Shown here: one piece after another, positions 49,753 to 64,000 of the stretch
Layout of the letters: the number at the start of each line of letters is the position of its first letter
How positions within the stretch are numbered: position 1 is the first letter of the stretch
DNA from: Lingula anatina
Taxonomy: Eukaryota > Animalia > Brachiopoda
Length of the DNA stretch: 64,000 nucleotides
Assembly: GCA_051362555.1 (NCBI GenBank)
Contig: CM120643.1
Coordinates: 13,304,644 to 13,368,643 of the forward strand
Direction of reading: 5' to 3'
The notes under the pieces: generated by a model
The model's input: the letters and a program-made list of their open reading frames with translations, nothing else
Told to the model about the DNA's origin: nothing
The model's database searches: none
Program-made: the position numbers and the translations under genes

Positions 49753-51558
49753 ATGCCGGAATATGCGCAATGGCCAGAGGAGATGTATATGGAATCCCTG
49801 GGACCGGGAAAAGGAGGAAAGTTTCTGAACCAAAGTCGAGAGTATCTTAACAAACCGGAGCGATACCCAAACGAGCCAAGGCGGGGATGGGGCGAACCCT
49901 CGAAGAGAGGCATTGATAATCGGGGGTATGACGGAGCTCTAGACCAACGTAATAAACCTGTATATCAGGGCCAAGGATATGAGCGACCACCCCCTGGCCG
50001 GCCAGACAATTCAGCCGACTATTATCCGGCTTCTAGGTATATTCAACGCGACGATGAGCCATACCATGCAAGGCGCAGGATGGATCACAAGGGGGACAGG
50101 AATGAAGGCAAAGATAGACGGAAATCGAAAGGAGAACCCAGTGGTGCACAGGGAGCGAAAAGATCGAAAAACTTGCCACAGTCGGACTTTGTTTCGAGAC
50201 AATCAAGCAAAGAGGCTCACTCGCCCTCCCCTAAAAATAAGTTCCAAGACAGGAAACAGAAAGACAGAGATTCAAAATTCAATTCCTCCAACGAGGTATT
50301 CATACCGCTCCCGCAGTATAGTGATTCCTACATATACGAAAGCGAAGAAAAGCGCCGGCCGCATAACAGGAGGAGAAAACGAAAGAAAAACCATCGGTTT
50401 AGATTGTTGATTGCCCTCGCTGTAATAATCCTGATTCTTACGTGTGGTGCTGTGGCGGCAGGGGTCTATGTAGCCCTGAGAAGCCAACCATCTCAACAGA
50501 GTGGTTCTGGAAGTGATACTACAACTACGACTACGCCAACTACGACTACACCAATCACTTCACCACCCGTCTCTACTCAGTCTCCTGTTAGCTCCACGCG
50601 GGCTTTGACATCTACCGCTGCCGCCACCACACCGACTACGACTACACCAATTACTCCACCACCCGTCTCTACTCAGTCTCCTGTTAGCTCCACGCGGGCT
50701 TTGACAACATCTACCGTTGCCGCCGCCACACAAACACTAACAACTTCTACACAGCCGCCTACGACTTCAACGCAGTCGCCTACGACAAGAACTACACAAA
50801 GGACGACTACACAGGCTGTCACTACAAATTCCCCCCACCAGTCTACTACAACTTCTACGCACGCAACCACATCTACAGAGTCGCCTACAACTACTTCACA
50901 GATATTAACATCTTCTACACAAGAAACCACAGCTACTACACAGGTAACAACAACATCAACAAATGAAACAGCTACAAATGCAACTGTGGCGCCTACAACT
51001 TCCACGCAACTGCCAACAACAGATAGCCAAGTATCCTCAACTATCCCACAAACGCCCATGAGTTCTACAGGGACGCTAGCAACATCTACACCGGTGCCTT
51101 CTTTTTCAACGGAAGAAACGCTAACGGTTTCCACAACGGCAATAAATCCGTCAGCCGCACCGTCTTCAAGTGCAGCTGGCATTGTATCTACTTCTATAAC
51201 GTCCGCTGAGACATTTTCACTTTCTACTATTACTGCACAGGTGATTTCAACTTCATCTGTCGCAGCACCATCTTCAAGTTCTGGCGAGGCGCTTTCAACT
51301 TCTTCCGCAACACTAACGACGTCTACTGCATCACATACAGCCTCTGTACATACTCTTTCACCGTCGTCTACAACTTCTACCCAGGCTCTAGCACCATCGA
51401 CTACCTCCACCGAGTCACTAACAGTTACTACAGTTTCTACAGAAGCACTTAATAGTTCTATAAATTTAACGCAGGGGGGTGCGTCTTCCACAGAAACAGT
51501 GACATCAACGCCATATAGCTCTGTTATCCCGTCTTCCTCCGGTATCCCGTCACCTTAA
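49753..51558 (+). CDS. Type II membrane mucin-like protein (601 aa, single coding exon)
   Basis: Charged N-terminal region, RRRKRKKNHRFR, TM LLIALAVIILILTCGAVAAGVYVAL, then ~350 aa of Ser/Thr/Pro-rich stalk with a duplicated TTPTTTTPIT.PPVSTQSPVSSTRALT block. Upstream donors at 48121 and 49451 suggest 5' UTR exons. Confidence 0.85.
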   Translation: MPEYAQWPEEMYMESLGPGKGGKFLNQSREYLNKPERYPNEPRRGWGEPSKRGIDNRGYDGALDQRNKPVYQGQGYERPPPGRPDNSADYYPASRYIQRDDEPYHARRRMDHKGDRNEGKDRRKSKGEPSGAQGAKRSKNLPQSDFVSRQSSKEAHSPSPKNKFQDRKQKDRDSKFNSSNEVFIPLPQYSDSYIYESEEKRRPHNRRRKRKKNHRFRLLIALAVIILILTCGAVAAGVYVALRSQPSQQSGSGSDTTTTTTPTTTTPITSPPVSTQSPVSSTRALTSTAAATTPTTTTPITPPPVSTQSPVSSTRALTTSTVAAATQTLTTSTQPPTTSTQSPTTRTTQRTTTQAVTTNSPHQSTTTSTHATTSTESPTTTSQILTSSTQETTATTQVTTTSTNETATNATVAPTTSTQLPTTDSQVSSTIPQTPMSSTGTLATSTPVPSFSTEETLTVSTTAINPSAAPSSSAAGIVSTSITSAETFSLSTITAQVISTSSVAAPSSSSGEALSTSSATLTTSTASHTASVHTLSPSSTTSTQALAPSTTSTESLTVTTVSTEALNSSINLTQGGASSTETVTSTPYSSVIPSSSGIPSP

Positions 51559-54500
51559 CAATGCCATTGATGCGTAAAGGTTTTAAAACCTTCTACAGTG
51601 GCTATCAAGCTACTTGAAATTTCTACGTTCACAGATGGCCTGAAATTCTGTACATCTGCCATGCAAGCACTTGCCTCTGAGAGGACAATACTGACAATAT
51701 CAATTACGCTGTGCAAATACGACAAAAGCTCTCAAAACTACAGAGTCAGTTACAAGGCACCTGTATTGACGGTATAGACCTATACCGGAGTTGCTCCGCT
51801 TTCCCTCCCAACGGGGACGAGAATAAATCGCAAGAATATAAGTTCGGGGAAGTTAACTTCTTCACTAGAACAGCGCCTAGAACATAACATAGACTTCAAG
51901 ACTAAGAATGACATATACTTATGGGAAAATTAGTCAATAACGTGAGCTATGTATACCCAGCATAATCAGCTTAAGGGACGTACGGCGTGTAACCAAGAAC
52001 AGTTTATATAAATATGTCAAATACAATTGTAGAGTTTGAGCATAATATGATGTAGTTTAGACAACACACCTGTTGTCAATTTTGTAACTCACTTTTTATG
52101 ACATAGAATATTTTATTTTGAAATATATATTGTTAAGAAGAAGGATTCAAACCGCGTCCGAAAAAGGTAAATTTGACATTGGAATATTTAGAAGCGTCAT
52201 TTGTACATTTGTAAATTAATATCAAATATGCAAAACGAAAGTAAATGCTATTTGCTTCTTTGTTATTATAAAGCGCACCTCTGGGCCAATTACTGACAGT
52301 TTAAACCAATGTTTTCAAATCTCTTATTACTTTGCTACTATTGAACACTTGCGAAAAAAGTATATTTTACTGTGGAATTAAAAGAATATTTAACTTCCTT
52401 CTTCGTGACTCGCAAACTCAATCCGCCACGACCAAAATTACTGGAAGTTACTGTAAACATATCGAAAAGAACATTCAAAGAAATGACACCTGTGACAAAC
52501 GGTCAAACGTATTCTTTCAAAAACCTGTCTAATTTGCTTATAGCGAAAATGATTGGAGTGGAGGGTGTCGCAGAAGAAAAACACATTTGACAGGACAGCC
52601 CGACTCTGACATCTCCATAATTGACTGCAATGTTCGGTCATGAAGTGTCAACGTCATTTGATACTTTACACGCCTAATGCACACATCTCCCCCTCATAAT
52701 ACGTTTGAGCCCTATCCCTATAGAATATCATCCCAGACCGGTGTAAAAATGAAGCACATTTTTTTAATCAAAACATTCTGTTGTATTGTGTAGGGAAAAA
52801 GACCATTTGTGTTAGAAAAAGGAAATGCCGACCCATTACATTCAGGAATCTGTTCTTTGACTGGGACGGCATTCAAATGATGCCAGTCGGAAACTTGTGA
52901 AAATGCAAATAACATTGCTTTTCATCCAAGCGATATCAACCGCTGTGTACGGAAACAATCTACGGCAATGCTGGAGCCGAAGGCTCGGGAAAAACGCCCC
53001 CCCCCCCCCCCTCTGCACCCCCTATAATCTTGCACGAAAATCCTTGCTAAAATGGTGTATACAGTTAAAACACATTTAGACATTTAGAAGCATCTTGCTT
53101 ACTGGGAACTACCACATTTTAACATGTCTCACCAGCTTTCTTATTGGAATAGGCAGCGACATCTGATTGGAAAGGGTATTTTTCAAGTAGCACTGGAATC
53201 CAGTGTGTACAGAAGCAGTTTAAAACACAAATTTGCATAAAACAAAAATTAGAAAGTGTTCCTTAAAACAGCTAGATATACATACAGGAATTTTGATATA
53301 TGTTTTAAAAAACAAAGAGTCACCGTTTCCCGTTAAGACTGACCGCTTATCTCTCCGCGGTACATCCATGTGCAGGTAGTTCAACCCACCCTCCTAGGAC
53401 ACAAATTGATTTCTCACTAGATATTCACAGATACGTCTCTGGCAAATACATGGCATTTGTCCACAGTGTTGAAGAAAAGTGAACATTAATTTACGGCCCT
53501 GGTAAAGGGTCCGTAAGACGACTCGGCCTGTATGATTGTAATAATTGTGGAGTACGTGCCGGGAGACTGGCTCCATCTGGTGGACTAATGATAACAAGAC
53601 CACCTGCTGATATCTTAATATCGCCCTTTGCCGTAGCAGAATTCATTTTGGTATAATTCATAACGTCACTGCTGAAATAATGGTCAAAATGCTTCAATGC
53701 AAATAATATGAGTAATAGCAATATATTGGAAGTTTTTATTTTGATTACTGGCAATTATTTAAACTAATTATTGTCATGGATGACGGAATGCTAAATATTC
53801 CACAAACAATCACTAATTACACTACATAATAAATATCTATAATAACCTAAGACCCCAATTTAATTTCTCTCATACCCATACACATTACTTTCTTTTGTGA
53901 CCTCTGAAAATAAAATCAACATTAACCTTCATTATCTTACCAAGCATACTGGTATGTCACATGCTTCATTTTCTTGGTTGTAAATTATCCATCAGCAAAT
54001 TAATTAAAATATACTGTCAAGCTTTCTTTAAAAGTTTAAAATAAGAAACTTAAGAATCGTCACAGTCATAATGCTACTCATAACACACCTCATGTGGCCT
54101 TTCTTTTATCTAACTGGAAACCTCAAGTTTATACTCGAGTTAATAAATAGGATATGTGACATGGTATCAAGTTACCCCGAACCTTATGGGCACTTATTCT
54201 GTCCTGTTGTTTTGGGATGATTTGTCAAACGGAGACATTCACAATCACCAGAATGAGCATTTCTAACATGTCAAGCATTGGATGTATAAGACCTGTGACT
54301 TTGTCATGTCCTTGTTCTAAAATAGCTCCAATATAAATACAGCATTTACACCCAATCTCAAGCCTGTATATCAAATACCACTTATCATCATAACTCCATT
54401 ATAAAACAGTTATAAAACAAATCAAAGCATTTGTATCAAATATTTTGTCATCTTCAATATATATATCAGTCCGTGCAGCAGATCTGAACTTTTCATTATA

Positions 54501-54949
54501 AAGACACGTTTTGCCAAATGCAGCAAAAAGTCCCTTCAATAGTAAATTCACATTTCTGCTGATTTCTGAAGTATTCAGAATTCCTGACTTGAGCATAAAA
54601 GTTTACTGGATAAACCTGATCTCTGGGCATAGTTCCTAACACTGTCATTGTCTATTTGGCTGCCAAGGTGACAAAGAGTCTGCAGTCATGTTTATTCGCA
54701 TATTTTTTCAGGGTTGACACAAGATCAACATGGCAAGTCTTTCAGTTGCTTTTTTCAACACATTTTGAGCAGCATCCAACTTCCATAGCTGCAAACCTGT
54801 TATTCCTTTTGTCCATAGTACAGCATTGAGCACCTGAAGAAGTACATTGTAGCTGTATGTAAATGTATTTGTAGGAACTCAGTCATCCACTAACCCACAT
54901 ATTCATGTGGGGACAAGACTGCTATGAAGAATCTTCACAAATCCAAATG

Positions 54950-55517
54950 CTAGGAATCAATCCGAACTCTTCTTCCTCCTCTGGGTTTTGCTGAGGTAGC
55001 GGTAGTTTCTTGAGTTTTCGGACTTTGGTTGCTTTGACCCATCAGTTCCTGTATAAACTTAAATCTTGAGAGGAAGACTTTCCACACAATGTACCAACCT
55101 ATACAAAAGAGCACAGTTAAAATGTCATGTAATATATTCCAAAGAACGTTACAATGTATTTTTTCTCTAAAGTGGTTTTCCAATAAACAATGCTTATGGG
55201 ACATTTTCTGATTCTAGCATCGACCATACGTTCTTTTCAACAAAGGCACGGAGACAAAAATTGGGAATACCAGATATCTTCTCCCTCTAGTAAAACTACT
55301 TAAAAGGCATTACTGGTATTACACCAGAAAACTGGTAAAGCAGACAGCTCCAAATAAAACGTGCTGTAAAATAAGCCGTAAGGCTCTTAAACTTCAAACT
55401 TCTAGTAAACAAATATTGTAGCGCTTGTGTAGAACATGTTTTACCTGTTAATATAAATAATACGAGTAGTGCGATGGACAAAATCACAGATAAAACAGAG
55501 AAAATGATATCTCTCAT
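54950..55517 (-). CDS. SMIM13: Small integral membrane protein 13-like (2 exons, 73 aa)
   Basis: Exons 55517-55445 and 55098-54950: MRDIIFSVLSVILSIALLVLFILTGWYIVWKVFLSRFKFIQELMG.., matching the SMIM13 GWYxVWxxFLSxFKFxxEL motif. Confidence 0.88.
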
Positions 55518-55619
55518 GATCTTTGTCTTCAGATTAAAATAGGTCCGCAGAAATTTTATCGAAGATATATTGTCCAATCAGAGCAGCAGCTTTAATTTAC
55601 CCCGTGTAGTAAATTCATC
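55518..55619. promoter_or_regulatory. Very short divergent intergenic region between the SMIM13 and PSMB5 start codons
   Basis: 102 bp separate the two ATGs; CCAATCA at ~55574. Confidence 0.7.
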
Positions 55620-58423
<2,804 letters not shown>

Positions 58424-59389
58424 ATCATGACAATTTGAGCAATTTGAAGGGAAAAGAAAACAGTCTGAGCTATTTAGAACTCAGTTTCCGTTAAAATAAA
58501 GCAAGTCATTGCAAGCGTATTTTTGTGTTTTGAAAACACTTAGAGATCTTTTATGATGAGGATCTTTAATGTCTTGGAGACATTTCTTGGGCTTAAATAG
58601 AAGACTTGATGAACCCAGTGCAGATAGGACAAGTTCGTATTGTGATATAGCTTCTGATCTGGAAGGTGAAAAATAAATGTAAAAGTTTAAAGAAATTGTC
58701 TTATACTTCTTTTAAAATATGTACTGTTACTGTTAGTGCTGAGTGATATTATTATAGATAACCTTTCACCAATTTGGTTCCTTTTTATGTACATAATCAT
58801 AGTGAGGAGAAAAGTGAACAAGTCCTACATCTTTCTAAGACTTTGGTAATTGCACTTTTAAAAAGGTCCTAATTGATACAATTGTATGAATAAATGACAA
58901 TACATTTATGTAAGAATTTTAATTCTTTTTGATTAAAACCAAAACAGATAAATTAATTTTGTGAATGCAAATTGGCTGTCACAATGAATGGTGTATAAAT
59001 TGAACTACTTAACTTTGGGTGTGTACATGAATGTGCTCTCTCTAATTACCAGTCATTCTTAAGTAAATTTTGGGCTGTGCTGTTGTCACACTAGCAATCT
59101 ACAAAGCACAAGTAAAGATTATTTCATCCTCTTGTTAATTTTCTAAATTTTGCATAGGATTGAAAATTCTTATAGCGAAGTATGTTTTTCCACACCCTTC
59201 AAATCTTCACATTCCGTCTGCATGAGGTTATGCTTCTCCCCCAGTCTTGCCTTGATAACAACTTAAATTAAAAAGTGCTAACATTAAAACAAATGCCCAA
59301 CCTTATATGCATCCATTTAATTACTTATTCTTCAGCTGACAATCAATATATAATTGTAAAAATGGTGCTTAATAAGAAATTGGTAAAAA

Positions 59390-59425
59390 CTTGGACATAA
59401 TAAGAGGTCTCTTATTATGTCCAAG
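59390..59425. mobile_element. 36-bp perfect palindrome with 7-bp target duplication (P-superfamily-like TIR remnant)
   Basis: GTAAAAA|CTTGGACATAATAAGAG-GT-CTCTTATTATGTCCAAG|GTAAAAA. Confidence 0.75.
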
Positions 59426-60017
59426 GTAAAAATTAATACACATCAAAATCATGTATTTGAACCTATACTACCTGAGCAGTCATATGTAAGGTAAACTTGA
59501 AAACGGTGTTTGGACAAATGGATAACTTAATTTTTTTATGATTTAAGGGGTACCGAGTTCTAAAGCAAAATTAAGTTCACTGGTCTGTCGTGGCTTTTGA
59601 TCCAACTTAAGCAATCTTTCTGTTTGAAATCGAGGCTGTGGTCTCTGAGGGACCGTATTTCGTTCGCATGTAAGCAATCCGCTCATTCGTCCGTGTCAAC
59701 AAACGTGGGGCCGGACCTGAGTGGCACTAGAATTACATTATTTACCCAAAAGATATAACTGATCAATATAAGAATATCCACCAGGGTAAGTGCATTTTAT
59801 AGTAAAGCTTTTTTTGCTTATTATTTAATATGCATGAATGTGGCCAGTATATAAATGTAGTATATATGTGCGCTAACTTAACACTGATTTCCGTATCAAA
59901 TATTCCGAATACTTTAGTCTTTAGATCTGCCCACTAAGTAAACATGCCTTTGTTTAGGTTTTTGTGTCCATTTTTTTATTAGGAGATTTTTAGTGAGATT
60001 CTTGACCTATATAATAG

Positions 60018-63000
60018 CAAGGAGTTATAACAGAAGGAGATTACACGCAAGCCTCTCTATTGTCCGATGTCTGTTATGGGGGGCGGAGCTAGCTACGGGG
60101 GGCCTCCTGTCTCAAGGTTTCGTCTGGGTCGCTCTCCTCCGCTTGGAGATTGATTTTATATGCGTTATTTCGCGTTAGAATTCGAGATCAGTAGTGTCAA
60201 AGCGGCGCTGTATGCTGACGATTTTTTTCACAGGTAGTTATTTGGACGATGTGCTGGGAGGGAACGATATTATAGAAAGCGATTATAAGGTGGTGACTGA
60301 GGATGGTCGCCATGAGTTTTTTTGAGTCGGTGATAGATGACTTTTCTTTTGCACAACACAGTGAAAAATCACCAAGGATAAGTCAAAAGAAAACGTCCCA
60401 ACTGTGGTTTGTGAAAATGACATTCAAGTGAACGTCTGTCCTCACTGCCAAAGGGCATAATATTAATACATAAACGTTTGGACCCCCTGCCCTTTTGTCC
60501 CATACACATTTACATTGAGACAGTGCCTAAGCTTTGTGACTGGTTTTAAATTTCTTGAAGTATTTTTTTCTCTCACTCGGTATAATTTTAATATCATAAT
60601 GCATTAAAGTGAAATTTTAATCAAAGGTTAAGGCAATGCCACGACATGTCAGTTTATTAAATACTCGTTATAAATTTCTTTATCTTGGAAATCTCCCTTT
60701 TTATTGTCAGGATTATTTTGACACACACTAACACTTCTTATTTGTCGGTAAACAAGTGCACAGTGCTAAACATTAAGAATAATTTTTATTCCTTCATAAA
60801 TATATTTATGTACAAAATATATCAGAAATTTTAGTATTAACTGAGCTCTTTAAAGTGAAACAAGTAAAGATGAGAATTTTGAATTTCAAACTATTATTTA
60901 CTATATTAACTTAAAATATCTTTTAAGTCAACTCTATACTCAAGCATCATGATAGTAGCATCTGTGAGTAAAACCATTTTATTATATCAATAGAAGAACA
61001 AAAACAAAATTTTACACATAAGCAGTAATTAATGAAGTCATAAGAATGATTAAGTTGCTATAGTTTTCCAAGTTTTATGCAGTCTGTGTTGGAATTTTTT
61101 TCAACCGTGCAAATAGAAATAATTATATTCTTTTTTATCTGACTTGCTGATACCAGTCTGTGCCAGATACTATTCCACTCACAGGCCAGCAAGGTCTGAG
61201 AATCTAATGGGTTGAATGAAAAAAAAAAAAAACCCCTAGAAGATAAGACTAATTCTTACAAATAGGATAAAAAACATGAGATTTTCAAAAGGTTATTATA
61301 AGTCAAGACAACACTTAGTAGGAACATTTATAAAATGAACTGGAGTACATGTTACAGCTGAAAAAATTAACTGGGCCAGTAAGTGACTGCTTTAAAGAAA
61401 TTTCACTGAAACAGTCCAAATTTTACTGGCAATCAAGCAGACTGTTATACCATGGCACTCAACAAATTATATATAGGTTTTGATTTTTTTCCACGTGACA
61501 GTAACATAAAATTTATGTCAACTTTTGAAATGTATAGAGTCAGTTAGGTGACTGAAAATATTTTAAAATGTCATGAAGGAGCACTATTAATTTAATGCAA
61601 TCTCTGTTGGCCAGTCTTATCCAGTTTCTTCTCCAAAAAGGACAAACCAAGTGAGAATTTCTTCAGGGCCTTTTCTTCTGCCTGCCAATGCCATGCCACT
61701 CAGAAAAGAGAGAAACCTGTAGGTTAGAAAAAAAAACATAATAATAGCATTATGAACTACTAGTATCCATGTAGACATTATGGAATTACGCAGTGAAGTT
61801 CAATGTGTCTTGTTATGACTTGACTGAAATGTTCACCACATAAATGAACAATTTACAAATAAATTTATGTAGAATATCAAGATTCATGATCACAAGCTAA
61901 AAACCCCAAGAAATTGAAAGAAATTGTACTTATTACAAGAAATTATTTAAATCCGCCCTGGTTCCTACTCTTCTGACAGGACAAAAAGGGGATTTCAGAG
62001 AGGCTGGTTGCTAAAAGGAAAATGCCCAAGGTTGTTGTTTTGAAAAAAATTAAAAAGTGTACTGTTGTTAGTGAATGTTTAATGCATCTTAGGCATTAGG
62101 ACAAAAGTAACTTACCCCAGACACGCTGACCTCCTTTTTTCATTGACATTTTAAAATTTTTTCCAGCCTGACCATAATTCATATATTCAATGCAGCTTTC
62201 TCCCATATCTATAATAGAAGAAAAAAAAAACTTGAGTAGTGTTAAGATATGCATGTAAAATTCATTATCAATTTTGAGAGAATTTCTGTTTCAACACTGC
62301 AAGATGAAATATTTACTTTCAAGTAATGAATAAACCTTAATAGAGTTCTATTCTTTTGTAACCACCAAGGCAAAGCTTTCTTAAAATGAACTGAAACATC
62401 CAAGCTTGCCACCTAACATGCCAAAGTAGTGAAGTATAATTAAAGTAGAGAAGCAAGTACCCCTTAATTATAGAGGTGTCTTACACAATAAGGTGTGTCT
62501 TACACACCTTGACTCAAAGGGAGATGTGTAGTGAGATAACAGGTAAAGTAATTGGTGGAGCCTAGGTGAACTTAAGACTTTAAATTAAAAGCACCAGGTT
62601 TCATGTGTGTTCTTTTTTCAAAGGTTTAATATGAATTAAAACATATATATGTAAAAAGAAGACTAAATAAGTTTAAAATAACTATGCCATGAAGTCAAAC
62701 TTCCTGTTAGACCGCCATGATGGAAAATGCTGGGTGGAGGCAAAATTTTCCAGTCAAAAAAAAACTGAGCACTTTACTTTAACAACAAAGTTACCACTCC
62801 AAAGCCACCCACCATGGTGAGAAGAAAAATGATGACCAACTGTCATGATAAGTCTTTTTAGATTTAAACATGAAAAAGGTAAAGGCCAAAATGGTACATT
62901 TACCCATAACACTAGAGTAAAAAATTGGTATTCTGAACAAATCAGGTTATTTTTTCCAAGAAATATTGGAGCAGTATCCATGCAATATATACCACGCCAC

Positions 63001-63879
63001 GATCAAGATGTTCAAGAATCTAAACACACCAATTTTTTTTATAATCTTGCATTTGAAAAGTACAAAAAGCGGTAAGGCTTTTGGCCGTAACAAGCGTAAC
63101 ACTTTCTGATCGGAACTCATGAAAATTGTCAATTGTCGTATCCAAGCTAGACCACATGTAAAATCGCAAAAAAAAACGATACTGCTCAAGCGAGTGTGTT
63201 GCACACATAACAATTAGTTAAATTTTATGACTGTCATGTGACACAAGTTTCAAAAAGTAGGAGGAAAATGTCTTTTGGAGTAATTTTTTTTCGAAATATT
63301 AACAAGATGGCGGCTTAAGCATCTGCTTGTTATTCAGCTACTAAAAGTGCACCTAAGTTTTATTCTTTGCTATTGCCACAAATTACTTAACAATTGCAAC
63401 TGTATAAAGACCAAACTTTCTTCATCTGATACTATATTTATAGGCACTTGTTATGAGTGGGAAATATTTTTCGTGCAATATTTATTCTCCACACACCACC
63501 TCGCGAGATCAACGTGTAGCTGGACACTTACACAGTGAGACCCTACGACATAAAAGTTGCAATTTATCTTCATATTTCGTGTAGTTATGCATTTAAAAGC
63601 ACTTACCTGTTTTTTGAAAACCTTGTCCAACGTAATATCATATAAATTCTGTATTTTTCTCATTTTTTAGAAACTTGGGACTCCGTTTCTGTTTCTGTCC
63701 TCAAAAATCAACAGACGAAGGCACAGATACTAACAAACGAGATTTAAACGAGAGCAACAATTAAGCGTAACAGAGATAGGCATCCATTGTTATCTGGGTT
63801 CTATTCATTCCGACCAATGAGAGACCGTAATACGGGCTCCGCCCCCACGCGTGTAATCTCCTTCTGTTATAACTCCTTG
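60018..63879. repeat. Pair of perfect 31-bp inverted repeats, each followed inward by GC-box and CCAAT-like motifs
   Basis: CAAGGAGTTATAACAGAAGGAGATTACACGC at 60018-60048 and its reverse complement at 63849-63879; GGGGGCGGAGC lies next to both. Confidence 0.8.
61590..63700 (-). ncRNA. Putative spliced transcript without a long ORF (lncRNA or decayed gene)
   Basis: Strong donor CAG|GTAAGT at 63607; exon 62208-62116 (TTCTATTATAG| .. GGG|GTAAGT); acceptor CCTACAG| at 61716. All joined frames hit stops. Confidence 0.45.
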
Positions 63880-64000
63880 ATAATAGTGAATGTGTATTTT
63901 TTGCAATGGTGAATTGGTACTAATAGTTAGCCAATGGTTATTTGGCCTAAATTTTTAATTTAATTTTAATTTTGAAATCCGCCATTCGTCATGTAGATGC

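Noticed and set aside
50673-51491. 272-aa minus-strand Val/Glu-rich ORF
   Set aside because: Antisense shadow of the Ser/Thr codons of the mucin stalk.
59640-60330. Plus-strand two-exon coding fragment (NYIIYPKDITDQYKNIHQG/SYLDDVLGGNDIIESDYKVV)
   Set aside because: No start codon, bounded by stops and no recognisable domain; at most a decayed transposon gene.
62829-62936. ATGATGA ... CTGA as a C/D box snoRNA
   Set aside because: Antisense to the putative host transcript, with no terminal stem and no recognisable rRNA guide.
61540-63663. Multi-UGA selenoprotein reading of the minus-strand exons
   Set aside because: No resemblance to known selenoprotein families, no redox motif and no SECIS that I can identify; runs of TGA stops occur by chance.

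Overview
Intron-rich, AT-rich animal genomic DNA, probably a marine lophotrochozoan such as a mollusc (inferred from gene content and repeat families). From left to right: two tandem 8-exon paralogs encoding signal-CUB-C-type-lectin-TM receptors with PPxY tails (752-6532 and 9280-17640); a 1436-aa minus-strand orphan ORF on one coding exon, with ten exact 27-aa Gly-anchored beta repeats, a long Gly/Asn/Ser repeat tract and twin C-terminal NIxGFD motifs (20415-24725); and a nest of transposons (CR1/L2 LINE remnant, Helentron-like ~146-bp array, inverted-repeat element, deleted pogo-PHD element; 25000-33300). A compact housekeeping block follows: ZNF507-like, DAD1, GGCT, a type II mucin-like membrane protein, SMIM13 and PSMB5, arranged as three head-to-head pairs. 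The window ends with a spliced, apparently non-coding transcript lying between 31-bp inverted repeats. The best novelty candidates are the 1436-aa repeat protein, the CUB-CTL-PPxY receptor pair, recurrent intronic duplications of splice junctions (including a frame-preserving duplicate mini-exon in PSMB5), and a P-element-like 17+17 bp excision footprint. All gene models were built by hand from splice signals and reading frames, without expression data or database searches.
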